Assembly: GCA_963739695.1 (NCBI GenBank)
Contig: CAVUBB010000001.1
Span: forward strand, 34,967 to 98,966
From: an uncultured Pseudomonadota bacterium
GTDB taxonomy: Bacteria; Pseudomonadota; Gammaproteobacteria; Natronospirales; CAVUBB01
DNA: 64,000 nucleotides
Reading direction: 5' to 3'
The notes beneath the pieces are model-generated. The model was not told the origin of the DNA, did not search any database, and saw only the letters and a list, made by a program, of their open reading frames with translations. Each line of letters starts with the position of its first letter. Position 1 is the first letter of the stretch. The translations under genes and the position numbers were made by a program. Below are positions 7,785 to 17,334 of the stretch, in pieces.

Positions 7785-7912
7785 AGGTTGAGGCCCCATC
7801 CGGTTCATGGGCGGCCGCAACGGATCGGATAGCCGGGGGCTGAGCCATACTTGACGCCGGCGGTTCCTTGATCCAGATTTTGATCAAGTCGGTCCTACAG
7901 GGAAGTAACAAT

Positions 7913-8506
7913 ATGAAAAGGCTGTTGTTGCTGGTTTTGACCGCCTTGCTCGTGACCTCATGCCAGACGATCCCGCCGCCGACGGTCCGCCCGTTTGCCG
8001 ACAGCCATGATTGGGTGCTCGTCGAGAGCCTCACCTACCAGATAGGTAACAGCGGACTATCGATCACGGTGCCGAAAGGTTTCGTTACCGATTTCGCGAG
8101 CATTCCCAAGCCGCTCTGGTCGCTCGGGCTTTCGCCCTATGGCCGCTACAGCAAGGCGGCGATCATCCATGATTATCTCTATTGGGCTCAGGGCTGTACG
8201 AAAGAACAGGCCGACAACATCCTCATGATCGCGATGAAAGAGAGCGGCGTAAGTCGCTTCAGGGCAGGGACGATCTATGAAGGGGTGCATGTCGGCGGTA
8301 GATCGTCATGGGCGGCGAATGCCGAAGAGCGCAGACGCCAGCTTCCCCGGGTCATCCCTTCAAACTACCTGGATATCCCCAGTGATGCGACCTGGTCTGA
8401 ATACAGGCACACGCTCGAAGAGTCCAAGGTGAAGGATCCGGCATTCCCCTCCACTCCGCCCTACTGCAAGCTTGGCGACAGCCGCGATATTCCAGAACAC
8501 GGATGA
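7913..8506 (+). CDS. DUF1353-like lipoprotein
   Basis: It has a lipoprotein signal MKRLLLLVLTALLVTSC. The core GFVTDFASIPKPLW ... AAIIHDYLYW matches the DUF1353 pattern (TD.ASIP ... HD.LY). Confidence 0.65.
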   Translation: MKRLLLLVLTALLVTSCQTIPPPTVRPFADSHDWVLVESLTYQIGNSGLSITVPKGFVTDFASIPKPLWSLGLSPYGRYSKAAIIHDYLYWAQGCTKEQADNILMIAMKESGVSRFRAGTIYEGVHVGGRSSWAANAEERRRQLPRVIPSNYLDIPSDATWSEYRHTLEESKVKDPAFPSTPPYCKLGDSRDIPEHG

Positions 8507-8642
8507 GATGCCGGCAATCAGGGCGAAGGCCACGGTTTGGGTCTGCCCGGCGCTTGCAGTAACCTATAGCGCTGATCGCCATTCCAGTAGTTCCCTCTGG
8601 CGCTCTTGTAGCGCCTTTGATTTCAATCACTTGGAGGTTCCC

Positions 8643-10697
8643 ATGAGATCGGTGATTGCCGGATTTTTGTTGGTGGCTGCAGGCGGTGTCGCCGCGGCGG
8701 CGACCCATCCCTTCACGGCCAGGGATCTGGCGATGATGGATCGCGTGGGCGCGCCGGTGGTCTCGCCGGACGGGAACACGGCGGCGTTCTCGGTGCGTTC
8801 GACGGACTGGGACGCGAACAAGGGCGTGCACAGTCTGTGGACGGTGCCGGTGGCAGGCGGCGAGGCGCACGAGATCGTGAGCGCGAAGATCGGCGCCACG
8901 GACCCGCACTTCTCGGCTGACGGCAAGGTGATCTACTTCCTGGCTCCGATCAAGGATGTGAACGCGCTCTGGCGGGTGCCGGCCGCGGGCGGCAAGGCGG
9001 AAGTGGTGAGTTCTCTGCCGCTGGATATCAATACCTATCGCATCTCTCCCGATGGCAAGACGATCCTGCTCTCGGTCGATGTGTTCGAGGATTGTCCGCT
9101 CAAGAGCGCGCTGGAGTGCTCGGCAGACCGCCTGCAGGCGCGCAAGGACAGCAAGGCCACGGGCATGCTGTACAAGCGGCTGTTCGTGCGCCACTGGAAT
9201 GTGTGGATGGACGGGCGCCGTTCGCAGCTGTTCACGGCCAGCCTGAGCGATGACGGCAAACTGGGCACGCTGCACTGGATCACCCACGGTATCGACGGCG
9301 ACACGCCTTCCAAGCCCTGGGGTGACGCTTCCGAGTTCGTGTTCTCGCCGGACAGCAAGACGGTGTATTTCGATGTGCGCATCGCCGGGCACAGCGAGCC
9401 GTGGTCAACGAATTTCGATGTCTATTCCGTGCCGGCCGATGGCTCGGCCGCACCGAAGAACCTGACCGCTGCGAACAAGGCCTGGGATGCCTACCCGGTG
9501 GTCTCGCATGATGGCAAGACGCTCTATTATCTCGCCATGAAGACGCCGGCTTTCGAGGCCGACCGCTTCGGTATCATGGCGCTGGATCTGGCCAGCGGCA
9601 AACGCCATGAGGTGGATCCAAACTGGGACCGCTCGGCCGGGCCGATGGCGCTCTCCGCAGACGGCAAGACGCTCTACACCACGGTGGACGACAACGGTGA
9701 TCACGCGCTGTTCGCGGTGGACGTCGCTTCGGGCAAGGCCACGCATCTGGTGGGTAGCGGCAAGGTGACCGGCTTCGAGCTGGCGGGCGCCAACATCGTG
9801 CTCGGCCGCGAAGACTTCCAGCATCCGGCCGATCTGTATCGCTTGCACCGCGGCAAGCTGGCCCAGATCACGCACTTCAACGCGAAGCGTTTGAGCAAGA
9901 TCGCCTTCGGCGATGCCCAGTGGTTCACGTTCAAGGGCTGGAACGGCGATACCGTGCAGGGCTATGTGATGAAGCCGGTGGGCTACAAGGCGGGGCACAA
10001 ATACCCGGTGGCCTTTCTGGTGCATGGCGGCCCGCAGGGGTCATGGACCAACGAGTTCCACTACCGCTGGAATCCGGAGACCTATGCGGGACAGGGCTTC
10101 GCGGTGGTGGCCATCAACTTCCATGGTTCCACCGGCTATGGCCAGGCCTTCACCGATGCCATCAGCCAGCACTGGGGCGATCGCCCGCTGGAAGATCTGC
10201 AGAAGGGCTGGACGGCCGCGCTCTCTCAGTTTTCGTATCTCGACGGCGACCGCGCCTGCGCGCTGGGCGCGAGCTATGGCGGCTACATGGTGTACTGGAT
10301 GGCCGGGGTCTGGAACCAGCCCTGGAAGTGTCTGGTGGACCATGACGGCGTGTTCGATTCGCGCATGATGTATTACGCCACCGAAGAGCTCTGGTTCGAA
10401 GAGCACGAGAACGGCGGCACACAGTACGACCACCCGGCGAACTACGAGAAGTTCAACCCGCTGAACCATGTGAAGGACTGGAAGGATCCGATGCTGATCA
10501 TCCACAGCGACAACGACTTCCGCATCCCCATCACGCAGGGCCTGGGCGCGTTCACCGCGTTGCAGCGCCAGGGCATCCCCAGCGAATATCTGCGTTACCC
10601 GGACGAGACCCACTTCGTCTCCAAGCCGCGCAACAGCGTGCAGTGGCACCACATCGTGAATGCCTGGATCGAGAAGTGGACCAAGGCGGAAAAATAG
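8643..10697 (+). CDS. S9 family serine peptidase (prolyl oligopeptidase / dipeptidyl-peptidase type), secreted
   Basis: It has a signal peptide (MRSVIAGFLLVAAGGVAAAA), N-terminal propeller repeats (SPDG motifs) and a C-terminal alpha/beta hydrolase domain with GASYGGYM, SDNDFRIP and DETHF. Confidence 0.9.
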   Translation: MRSVIAGFLLVAAGGVAAAATHPFTARDLAMMDRVGAPVVSPDGNTAAFSVRSTDWDANKGVHSLWTVPVAGGEAHEIVSAKIGATDPHFSADGKVIYFLAPIKDVNALWRVPAAGGKAEVVSSLPLDINTYRISPDGKTILLSVDVFEDCPLKSALECSADRLQARKDSKATGMLYKRLFVRHWNVWMDGRRSQLFTASLSDDGKLGTLHWITHGIDGDTPSKPWGDASEFVFSPDSKTVYFDVRIAGHSEPWSTNFDVYSVPADGSAAPKNLTAANKAWDAYPVVSHDGKTLYYLAMKTPAFEADRFGIMALDLASGKRHEVDPNWDRSAGPMALSADGKTLYTTVDDNGDHALFAVDVASGKATHLVGSGKVTGFELAGANIVLGREDFQHPADLYRLHRGKLAQITHFNAKRLSKIAFGDAQWFTFKGWNGDTVQGYVMKPVGYKAGHKYPVAFLVHGGPQGSWTNEFHYRWNPETYAGQGFAVVAINFHGSTGYGQAFTDAISQHWGDRPLEDLQKGWTAALSQFSYLDGDRACALGASYGGYMVYWMAGVWNQPWKCLVDHDGVFDSRMMYYATEELWFEEHENGGTQYDHPANYEKFNPLNHVKDWKDPMLIIHSDNDFRIPITQGLGAFTALQRQGIPSEYLRYPDETHFVSKPRNSVQWHHIVNAWIEKWTKAEK

Positions 10698-10805
10698 TAA
10701 ACGACCGGGGAGCAGTATCTTGAGGTGATCTTCGGGCTGGAGTTGGCGCATTTCCACGCTGGCTCCAGCCTGAATTTACTGCGCATTTGCCGGGAGGGCG
10801 CATCC

Positions 10806-11447
10806 GTGCTTGGCAATATCAGTACGCTTGTTTTCGACCTCGACGGAACCATCAGTGATTCCAGGCTGGGCATCTCCCGATGCCTTGATCACGCACTGGC
10901 CGCACACGGCTTCCCCGAGATGTCGCCGGAATGGGTGGCGGGGCAGATCGGTCCGCCGCTGGACGAGATCTTTGCCAATGCCCGGCCCGAAGCGGATGAG
11001 AAACTCATCACCAGTCTGATCGCGAAGTACCACGAGCGGTATGCCGAGGTTGGCTATTCCGAGAACGCGTGCTATCCCGGCATCGCGGATACGCTCCGCG
11101 CCTTGCATGCGCGGGGTATGCGGCTGGGAGTATGTACGTCCAAGCCGGAGCGCTTTGCGAAACCGATCCTTGCACTATTCGATCTGCTTCCCTTGTTCGA
11201 GTTTGTGGATGGTGGCGATGCCGGTATCAAGAAGCGCGCGCAGCTTGCAGGCTTGCTGGCATCCGGATCGATCGACACGAAAGCGGTGATGATCGGGGAC
11301 AGAGCTGTGGATATCCAGGCGGCGCAATTGAATGGCTTGCGGGCGGTCGGCGTGCTTTGGGGGTTTGGCAGCATCGAGGAACTTTCCCTGACCAATCCCG
11401 ATGCGATGCTTGAGGAAGTCTGCGACCTCGCCGGGCTCGTCGACTGA
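10806..11447 (+). CDS. HAD-IA family hydrolase (phosphoglycolate phosphatase-like)
   Basis: It carries HAD motif I (VFDLDGTISDS), motif II (CTSK) and motif III/IV (MIGDRAVDIQAA). The start is uncertain: GTG at 10806 or ATG at 10725. Confidence 0.8.
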   Translation: MLGNISTLVFDLDGTISDSRLGISRCLDHALAAHGFPEMSPEWVAGQIGPPLDEIFANARPEADEKLITSLIAKYHERYAEVGYSENACYPGIADTLRALHARGMRLGVCTSKPERFAKPILALFDLLPLFEFVDGGDAGIKKRAQLAGLLASGSIDTKAVMIGDRAVDIQAAQLNGLRAVGVLWGFGSIEELSLTNPDAMLEEVCDLAGLVD

Positions 11448-11644
11448 TTTCGGCCAGACCAGCCTGCGCGAAGACGGTCCAATATTAGAAGTCGTTGAAA
11501 TCCAACCGGATTGCGCTAATGTTATGAAAGGGTGAGAAATCAAGATCACTCACACGACGCAGGAAGCGAGATGGCGGGATTGGGAAACAGCCGGCTACTG
11601 TCTGAGCCGGGCGCCGGCATGGCGACCTTCGCGAGTGTGCGCCC

Positions 11645-12358
11645 GTGAGGCAGATCGTCATCACGAGCGTCTCGCGCCTGCCGACCAAGGCGGCGCTCAA
11701 CGTGTCGGGTATCGATCTGCAGACTGACGAGTGTCTGACCCTGATGCCCCATCCAAGCCGCGAGGCGTGTCGGCAGCTGAATGTTGTTCCCGGTTCTGTG
11801 CTTGGCGGAATCTTTTCGCCGGTGCCGGGTGCAGAGGCGCCGCACATCGAGGATGCGCAGTTCCAGAACCTGACTTTCGTACGCCATTGCAGCACCGATG
11901 AGTTTCGACAGATCCTGGCGCGATCGGCGGTGCCTTCGCTGGAGCAGGGGCTGGGCCCTACACTTGAAGACCGCCAGAAATTCGTTACCCGGGAGATGGA
12001 GCCTGTGCGTTCGCTCATCACCATCGCGGTTACGCCGGCGATGGTGGAAGTGGTTCAGGATGGTTTCGGCTACAGTCCTTCCAACCTCAAGGCACATATC
12101 ACCGACCATTCCGGCAAGGAATATACCTATCTGCCGGTTGCAGACGCCGGGTTCCATGCCTATGCCGAGAGTCATTATCGTGAACTCGCCGATTACCAGC
12201 AATTGAACGGTCTGATCCATGGGCAGAAGGAGATCTTTCTGTGTATCGGGCTGAGCCGCTTTCACGAGGCCGTGAACGGGCGCGCAGGCTATTGGATACA
12301 GATCGTCGGCATCTACGGGTTTCCGGCATTTTTCGATGAAGCGCGGGCGTATCCATGA
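11645..12358 (+). CDS. Hypothetical protein (237 aa), no family recognised
   Basis: It has clean coding periodicity but more A/T-ending codons than its neighbours. The GTG start has no obvious SD sequence. The GTG overlaps the TGA stop of a 25-codon upstream ORF (11571-11648). Confidence 0.6.
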   Translation: MRQIVITSVSRLPTKAALNVSGIDLQTDECLTLMPHPSREACRQLNVVPGSVLGGIFSPVPGAEAPHIEDAQFQNLTFVRHCSTDEFRQILARSAVPSLEQGLGPTLEDRQKFVTREMEPVRSLITIAVTPAMVEVVQDGFGYSPSNLKAHITDHSGKEYTYLPVADAGFHAYAESHYRELADYQQLNGLIHGQKEIFLCIGLSRFHEAVNGRAGYWIQIVGIYGFPAFFDEARAYP

Positions 12359-12499
12359 TCGGTACCTGCGCGGCACGGATGTAGCGCTCGGTCGTGGTAC
12401 GTTCGAACGCTTGCCGCCTTACCGTCTGGATTGTTGCTGACCCGCGGATCCTCGGGAGCCTGCAGTCTGTGACCGTGCAAACGCGATAAGCATCACGCC

Positions 12500-13099
12500 A
12501 TGAGCATCTGGCAAGTCGAGTCTGCAACCTTGAAGCAGCCGCGCGGCATTCGCCTCGAGGTGAGGTCCGGGGCCCTGCCCCTCACTTACGTAGAAGTGAT
12601 CGGTCTGTGGCGAACGAGCGACGCCTTCAGGGCATTTTTCGGTGGCGCACTGGCGGCGATGCCTTATCGAGCCTTGCGCTGGGAGACGCCGCCGCTCACG
12701 CATGAGTACAGTGCACGCAGCTTCGAGTGCGTGGCGCTGGACAGCCCGGATCTGCTGCGTGCGCCGGAGCCGGACGTGTTTGCCGGTGAGTTTTCGGGAC
12801 GGCGCGCCCCCGACGTGATCAGTTTTCCCAACCTGGGTGGCGATGCCCGCATGATCGTGCCGTGCCCGGGCGAACCCGCATCCGCCTATGCCCACCTGGC
12901 CGCATTCCTGCGCGAGGCCCCGATCGATCAGTGCGATCGGCTGTGGCAGGCGGTGGGGCAGGCGATGGCAGAGCGGATGAGCGATGTACCCATCTGGCTC
13001 AATACCGCGGGCGCGGGTGTCGCCTGGCTACACATGCGCCTGGATAGCCGGCCCAAGTACTACCATTACCGCCCGTACTGCACGAGCCGGGATGCATAG
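12500..13099 (+). CDS. Hypothetical protein (199 aa), no family assigned with confidence
   Basis: It has an ATG start and good GC3 periodicity. Conserved-looking blocks are FPNLGGDARMIVPCP, YAHLAAFLREAP and WLNTAGAGVAWLHMRLDSRPKYYHY. Confidence 0.6.
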   Translation: MSIWQVESATLKQPRGIRLEVRSGALPLTYVEVIGLWRTSDAFRAFFGGALAAMPYRALRWETPPLTHEYSARSFECVALDSPDLLRAPEPDVFAGEFSGRRAPDVISFPNLGGDARMIVPCPGEPASAYAHLAAFLREAPIDQCDRLWQAVGQAMAERMSDVPIWLNTAGAGVAWLHMRLDSRPKYYHYRPYCTSRDA

Positions 13100-13360
13100 C
13101 CGCCTGCAGTCCACATGCAAGGAGTTGATGGAAGTCCGCTTCGTGCTGGTCAAGCATCTCTGCGCCCTGGAGCGGTGGACCACTGAAGATGCCTGTCCGT
13201 GAAACATGTCGGCGCCAGTCTTGATGACCGTCAAGTGATCGGACAGCCCGTTCTGTATAATCGTCTCTGCTTTGAGAGGCTTTGCACGTTTCCTGTCTTT
13301 GGTGGCCTTTCAGACCGATCGATAACCTTTCAAATTTGCCGATACAACATGGAGTCCGTG

Positions 13361-14233
13361 ATGTTCCGTCGCGTCCTGCTGACCGCCGCTTTGGCATTCG
13401 TTTCCACCCTTCCCGCAGTTGCCACCGCCCATGGTTTTGCCGGCAAGCGTTTCTTTCCGGCGACGCTGGCGGTCGAAGATGCCTTCGTGGCCGATGAGGC
13501 GGATTTCCTCGGCAGTTATACCAAGGGCCATGACGATGCCGGGAACGAGAGCCAGACGACCGCTATCTCGGCGGAGTTCGCCAAACGCTTGAGCAAGGAT
13601 TGGCAGTTTTCCATCGGCAACGCCTTCAGCCGGCTCTCGGCCACGGGCCAGCCCACGCTGAGCGGTTGGGATAACTTCGAAGTCGGGGTGAAATACCAGG
13701 CCTTCATCGACCCGCAGAGCGAATCTGCGCTGGCGTTCGGATTGAGTGCGGAAGTGGGTGATACCGGTAACAGTGCGATCGTGGAGACCAGCACCAGCTA
13801 CGGCCCCGCCATGTATTACGCCAAGGGTTTTGGCAACGTATCGGCTGACTGGGCCAAACCGCTGGCGTTCACCTTCGTGGCACAGCCCACGTTTTCCACG
13901 GAATCGGGCGCGGGCGAGTCGCTGGAGTGGGGCATGACCCTGCAATACAGCCTGCCTTACATGCAGAGTTTCGTGCACGACACCGGCATGAGCGAGCCAT
14001 TCCGCAGTATGATCCCGCTGCTGGAAGTGCCGATGTCCACCTGCATGAGCCGCTGCGGGCCGGGTCCGCGTACCACCGGCAGCTTCAATCCCGGCTTCGT
14101 GTGGATCGGCAAGAAGAGCCAGCTCGGCTTCGAGTTGGTGCTGCCCATGAACGATGCCAGCGGGCGCAGCGTGGGCGTGCTGCTGCAATACCATCTGTAC
14201 CTGGACGATTTCTTCCCGAGCTGGAAGTATTGA
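13361..14233 (+). CDS. Putative outer-membrane beta-barrel protein of unknown function
   Basis: It has a signal peptide (MFRRVLLTAALAFVSTLPAVATAHG) and alternating amphipathic strands. It lies directly upstream of copC-copD. An alternative start is ATG 13349. Confidence 0.55.
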   Translation: MFRRVLLTAALAFVSTLPAVATAHGFAGKRFFPATLAVEDAFVADEADFLGSYTKGHDDAGNESQTTAISAEFAKRLSKDWQFSIGNAFSRLSATGQPTLSGWDNFEVGVKYQAFIDPQSESALAFGLSAEVGDTGNSAIVETSTSYGPAMYYAKGFGNVSADWAKPLAFTFVAQPTFSTESGAGESLEWGMTLQYSLPYMQSFVHDTGMSEPFRSMIPLLEVPMSTCMSRCGPGPRTTGSFNPGFVWIGKKSQLGFELVLPMNDASGRSVGVLLQYHLYLDDFFPSWKY

Positions 14234-14255
14234 GGTCGTTCGCGGACGAGGGGGA

Positions 14256-14630
14256 ATGACGATGAGACACTGGCTGGTCACGTTCACAGGCTTGGCGGCA
14301 GCGCTGGTCATGTCCGCCGCGATGGCACACGCGTTTCCCAAGCGCAGCGTGCCCGGTGCGGGTCAAGAGTTGCAAGCGGCTCCGGTCCGGGTCGACATCT
14401 GGTTCGACGAGAAGATCGAGCCGCTGGTCTCGAAGCTGGTGGTGAAAGACGCCTCCGGTGGCCTGGTGAGCGCCAGGGCGAAGGTAGATGGCAAGGACCC
14501 GCGTCACCTCAGTGCCGCGCTCAAGCCACTTGCGCCGGGTAAGTACCGCGTCTTCTGGAAGGCCGTCGGTCACGACGGTCACAAGACGCAGGGTGATTAC
14601 AGCTTCACGGTGGCGGCGAAGCCGCATTGA
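14256..14630 (+). CDS. copC: CopC-domain periplasmic copper-binding protein
   Basis: The signal peptide ends AMAHA, giving a mature N-terminus FPKRSVP. The CopC-type pattern is present (V.LWFDE, GKYRVFWKAVGHDGHKTQGDYSFTV). The stop overlaps the copD start (ATGA). Confidence 0.8.
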   Translation: MTMRHWLVTFTGLAAALVMSAAMAHAFPKRSVPGAGQELQAAPVRVDIWFDEKIEPLVSKLVVKDASGGLVSARAKVDGKDPRHLSAALKPLAPGKYRVFWKAVGHDGHKTQGDYSFTVAAKPH

Positions 14631-15577
14631 TGCTGGCCTGGGCCTACACTGCCTGCATGGCGCTGGGGTTTTGGCTGTTTGCCCTGCTGGCGGGTGTGCT
14701 GGTCTGGCGCCGCTTCAACATCCACGACCAGGCCTATGACGATGCCAGACTGCGCGATGTCGGCATCGTGGCCTGGCTCATGCTGCTCGCCTTGGAGCCC
14801 GTGCTGGTGTGTGTGTGGACGGCCAACGTCACCGGACAAGGCCCGTCTGCAACACTGACCATCCTGCCTGGTGTCTTGTCCGCGACGCACTTCGGGCATG
14901 CGATGGCGGTTCGATGGCTGGCGCTGCTCGCGCTCGGTGTCGCTTTTCTCAGATATCGCGGCTGGCATGTGCGTGTCTGGATCGCGGTGTGTCTGATCGC
15001 GTTCGCCTGGAGTCACAGCATCGCCGGACATGCCGGCGAGACGAGCGATTTCGGTTGGCCCGTGTGGGTGGACAGTATGCATTTCCTGGCCACCACCGTG
15101 TGGGCTGGCTTCATCCTTGCCGGCGCGCGGCCACCGCTGGCCAACGCACACCGGGAATACGCGCGGACCGTGCAGCGGCTCTCCACTATCGCAGCTGTGC
15201 TGCTGGTGTTGGTAGCGGCGACAGGTATCGCCAACGCGGGGTACGTGCTGCACCGACCGGCCGATCTGCTGGCTTCCGCTTATGGTCACATCCTGGATGC
15301 CAAACTCGCCGCGGTAGCTGTCGCCCTCGTACTGGCGGCTGTAAATCGGTATCTCCTGCTGCCACGCCTGGCGTTGGCGTGTTCGGTCCCGGTGCATCGC
15401 GGACCGGTGCGCGATTGGATGTATGCGCGGTTTCTGGCGGGCAGGCGCGGCGTCAGCGCCGATTCGGCACAGGATGCCCTGCGTATCAGCCTCGGATTGG
15501 AAGCGGTGACTCTGTTTATCGCGTTGTTCCTTGCCGCGTTGTTGCACCAGTCCATGCCGCCCATGGCGGGCGGTTAG
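14627..15577 (+). CDS. copD: CopD family copper-resistance membrane protein
   Basis: It is a polytopic membrane protein (about 8 TM helices) with a 4-nt overlap with copC. The size and His-containing helices (SHSIAGHAG) are typical of CopD. Confidence 0.75.
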   Translation: MMLAWAYTACMALGFWLFALLAGVLVWRRFNIHDQAYDDARLRDVGIVAWLMLLALEPVLVCVWTANVTGQGPSATLTILPGVLSATHFGHAMAVRWLALLALGVAFLRYRGWHVRVWIAVCLIAFAWSHSIAGHAGETSDFGWPVWVDSMHFLATTVWAGFILAGARPPLANAHREYARTVQRLSTIAAVLLVLVAATGIANAGYVLHRPADLLASAYGHILDAKLAAVAVALVLAAVNRYLLLPRLALACSVPVHRGPVRDWMYARFLAGRRGVSADSAQDALRISLGLEAVTLFIALFLAALLHQSMPPMAGG

Positions 15578-15585
15578 GCGGGCAC

Positions 15586-15614
15586 GAAAAAGCCGGCATG
15601 AAGCCGGCTTTTTC
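15586..15614. terminator. Bidirectional rho-independent terminator between convergent copD and the aminotransferase gene
   Basis: The stem AGCCGGC (15591-15597) pairs with GCCGGCT (15603-15609). An A-run lies on one side and a T-run on the other. Confidence 0.8.
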
Positions 15615-15635
15615 GTTGCTGACTCGGTCACAAGA

Positions 15636-17129
15636 TCAGGCGGCGGAAGACTCCGCCTTGCGCGGGCCGTTCTTGAGTGCCTCTTTCGTCTGCGCCACGA
15701 TCAGGTCGACTTCATCAGAAGTGATGCCGAAGTGCGGGGTGAAGCGCAGCGAGTTCTCGCCGCCGTGGATCACGCCGATGCCTTGCGTGCGCATGTACTC
15801 TTCGATGGAGCCGGCACCGTAGCACTTGAAGCTGGAATCGAGCTCGCAGCTGAACAGCAGGCCGGTGCCCTGCACCTTGGTGATCATGCCGTCCATCTCC
15901 TTCGCGAGAGCGCGGAATTTGGTCAGAAATTCCTCGCCGCGTTCGCGGATGTTCTTGCGCAGCTCCGGGGTCACGTTGGCCAGCACCGCACAGGCCACGT
16001 CCATGGCGCGCGGATTGGAGGTCATGGTGTTGCCGTAGACACCCTTGCGGTAGAGGCCGGCGGCCTTCTCGTTCATGGCGAGTACCGAGAGCGGATATTG
16101 ACCGGCGTTCAGTGCCTTGGAATAGGTTTCCATGTCCGGCGCTTCGCAGCTCTCGAAGCCCGGGTAGTCCACGATCGACAGGCAACCGGTGGTACGCAGG
16201 CCGGCCTGGATGGAATCGACGAGGAACAGGCTGCCGTGGTCACGAGTGAGCTGACGCGCGGCATCGTAGAATTCGCGCGTGACGGCCATGCCGGGGTTGC
16301 CTTCGCCCATCACGGGCTCAAGGAAGAACGATTCGATGAACACGCCCTGGGCTTCGGCTTCGGCATAGGCCTTGCGCAGGTCGTCGACGTTGTTCGGGGC
16401 GACCGTGATCAGATTGTCGCGGTCGCGGAAGCTCGCCAGGTGCTCTTTGTAGGTGCGGCGGCTGGAATCGGAATACTGCGCCGGACGATCGGTGCGCCCG
16501 TGGAACGCGCCCTTCAGCGCGAGGATCTTGATGCGCTTGCCTTCATGACGGCCGCCCTTGTCCGTCATCAGTTTGGCGTTGATGTCGGAGATGCGTGCGC
16601 CCACGGTGACGGCTTCTGAACCGCTGTTCATGCACAAGAAGCGGTGGAAGGGATCGGCGCCGCGGGTGTGGCCGATCTCCTTTTCCAGAGCGTCGATGAG
16701 CCGGCGCTGGCTGAAGCTTGCCGTCATGATGTTGGCCATCACGTGCGGGCGGCTCATTGCTTCGAGGATCGCCTTGGGCGCATGGCCCATGCCGAGCATG
16801 CCGTAACCGCCCGAATCGTGCAGCACGGCGCCCTTGACGGTGACGATCCACGGACCGGCGGCGGCGAGCGCAACATAAGGGTTCACGGCATCGTCGGGGT
16901 AGAAGTTGACGAAGCGCTCCTGGATGGCGGCGATCTGATCGACCTCGTCCATCTCCAGGATCTCCGCGTATTCGGCCTGCAGGATCTTGTACTGCGCGTG
17001 GGCCTCGTTCACGGCGGCGACCAGCGTCGCATCCTTCGCCGCGAAGCGCTGGATGATCTCGTCGGCCAGACCGGTGGTCTTGGCCTTGCCGTGGGAACGT
17101 AATTCTTTCAATAGCTCGATGACATGCAT
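15636..17129 (-). CDS. Class-III PLP-dependent aminotransferase
   Basis: Fold-type I class III blocks are present: MNSGSEAVTVGARI, LEPVMGEGNPG, LVDSIQAGLRTTG and the PLP-lysine region YSKALNAG. The start is set at MHVIELL (17129) inside ORF 15636..17231. Confidence 0.85.
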   Translation of the reverse strand: MHVIELLKELRSHGKAKTTGLADEIIQRFAAKDATLVAAVNEAHAQYKILQAEYAEILEMDEVDQIAAIQERFVNFYPDDAVNPYVALAAAGPWIVTVKGAVLHDSGGYGMLGMGHAPKAILEAMSRPHVMANIMTASFSQRRLIDALEKEIGHTRGADPFHRFLCMNSGSEAVTVGARISDINAKLMTDKGGRHEGKRIKILALKGAFHGRTDRPAQYSDSSRRTYKEHLASFRDRDNLITVAPNNVDDLRKAYAEAEAQGVFIESFFLEPVMGEGNPGMAVTREFYDAARQLTRDHGSLFLVDSIQAGLRTTGCLSIVDYPGFESCEAPDMETYSKALNAGQYPLSVLAMNEKAAGLYRKGVYGNTMTSNPRAMDVACAVLANVTPELRKNIRERGEEFLTKFRALAKEMDGMITKVQGTGLLFSCELDSSFKCYGAGSIEEYMRTQGIGVIHGGENSLRFTPHFGITSDEVDLIVAQTKEALKNGPRKAESSAA

Positions 17130-17334
17130 AGCTTCGATCTCTGCATCCGGAAAACAAATAGTGTGGGAAACGACCGTTGGCCCGCCGGCATTTTTGGTGT
17201 GCGCCGGTCTGCCCTTCAGCGGGTGGCCCAACTGCCGCGATCTTCAGTGTTGCGGCTGGGGTGTTTCGAAGGGCGAAAGACTAGCATAATCGGCCATTTG
17301 GCGGTACCCCGTGCCTCTTGTACAGGAGAGGGCA

